A stretch of 61,805 nt of DNA, the filler included, from Sphacelaria rigidula (lineage: Eukaryota): assembly GCA_964200075.2 (NCBI GenBank). It is 8 parts of 8 records of this genome, joined end to end, with 100 filler letters (N's around TTAATTAATTAA, not from the genome) between each part and the next. Parts side by side here need not be neighbours in the genome. Positions count along the whole stretch, not along the records: positions 54,168 to 61,805 come from CAXNAA020013990.1; 7 more parts are not named here. One strand, given 5' to 3'. The notes under the pieces are model-generated. The model saw only the letters and a list, made by a program, of their open reading frames with translations, had not been told where the DNA came from and ran no database searches. Shown one piece after another: positions 61,193 to 61,805 of this stretch. A program made the translations under genes and the position numbers. The first letter of the stretch is position 1. Every line of letters begins with the position of its first letter.

Positions 61193-61805
61193 AAACGTTG
61201 ACCGCTGGTCAAAAAGGTTCCCACGCAATTTTTACGCCATTCCACGTGCCTGGGCTACGCGTACCTGATTTGCAACGCTGAAAACAAAGCATAAGGGATA
61301 ATTCGTACGGTACGAATCAATCGCACTGAAATCGAGTAATTTCCAGACGAATCATTAGTTCGTCCGGCCCGTGCAACACTTCGTTCCCTTAGAAATTATT
61401 AATGTCGGGGCCGCACATGATACACACGACGGGTCTGCACGATGGATACTCGCACGTGCGCGATGGACCTCTGTCTGGACACGTCGTTCGCCGCCGACGT
61501 GACCAGGGCTGTTCCTCTTCTGTCTCGCTCTCCACTCGCTCTGCACTCGTAACACACCGCAGCACACCACACATCTCAGCGCGCTGCGATCCAAAAGGGT
61601 ACCGTATATGTGCTGAGCAAGTTATACGTAATCAAGTATGTCGGAATTCACTGAGCGGTGCGGCGGAAGCTACCGACAACAACCTTATAATTGTTCCATC
61701 GTGTTCGCTCTTTAGCTTCGCCATTTTGTCGTCCCCCCACCCGTGTTTCTGTTTGTCTCCCATTTTCTCAATTATCTTGGTTATCCCATGTTTTTATTCC
61801 CCCCC

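Noticed and set aside
60712-61281. 189-aa ORF with 14-aa repeats
   Set aside because: By-product of a 42-bp (multiple of three) minisatellite inside a TIR element.

Overview
This is eukaryotic nuclear DNA, not one locus. Eight unrelated contigs (7639 bp, then 7 x 7638 bp) are joined by identical 100-nt linkers (44 N + TTAATTAATTAA + 44 N). Short exons in kb-scale GT-AG introns, about 50% GC and the protein content suggest a stramenopile alga, probably a brown alga (inference). Recognisable host exons: six acetyl-CoA carboxylase carboxyltransferase exons, two tRNase Z exons, one TM9SF exon and one Ycf23/DUF561 exon. Almost all ORF-track entries are noise. The rest is a dense, nested set of mobile elements: decayed RTE/LINE and Copia fragments, two tRNA-derived SINE families, and hAT-, Harbinger-, mariner/Stowaway-, pogo- and piggyBac-type MITEs. 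The most notable signal is a recurring group of non-autonomous DNA elements with CAC(A/G)C termini, 8-bp target duplications and internal 42-43-bp tandem arrays. A possible decayed KDZ/Zisupton-type transposase fragment lies on another contig. There is also a perfect 70-bp hairpin. Family assignments rest on motif recognition by eye; no search was run.
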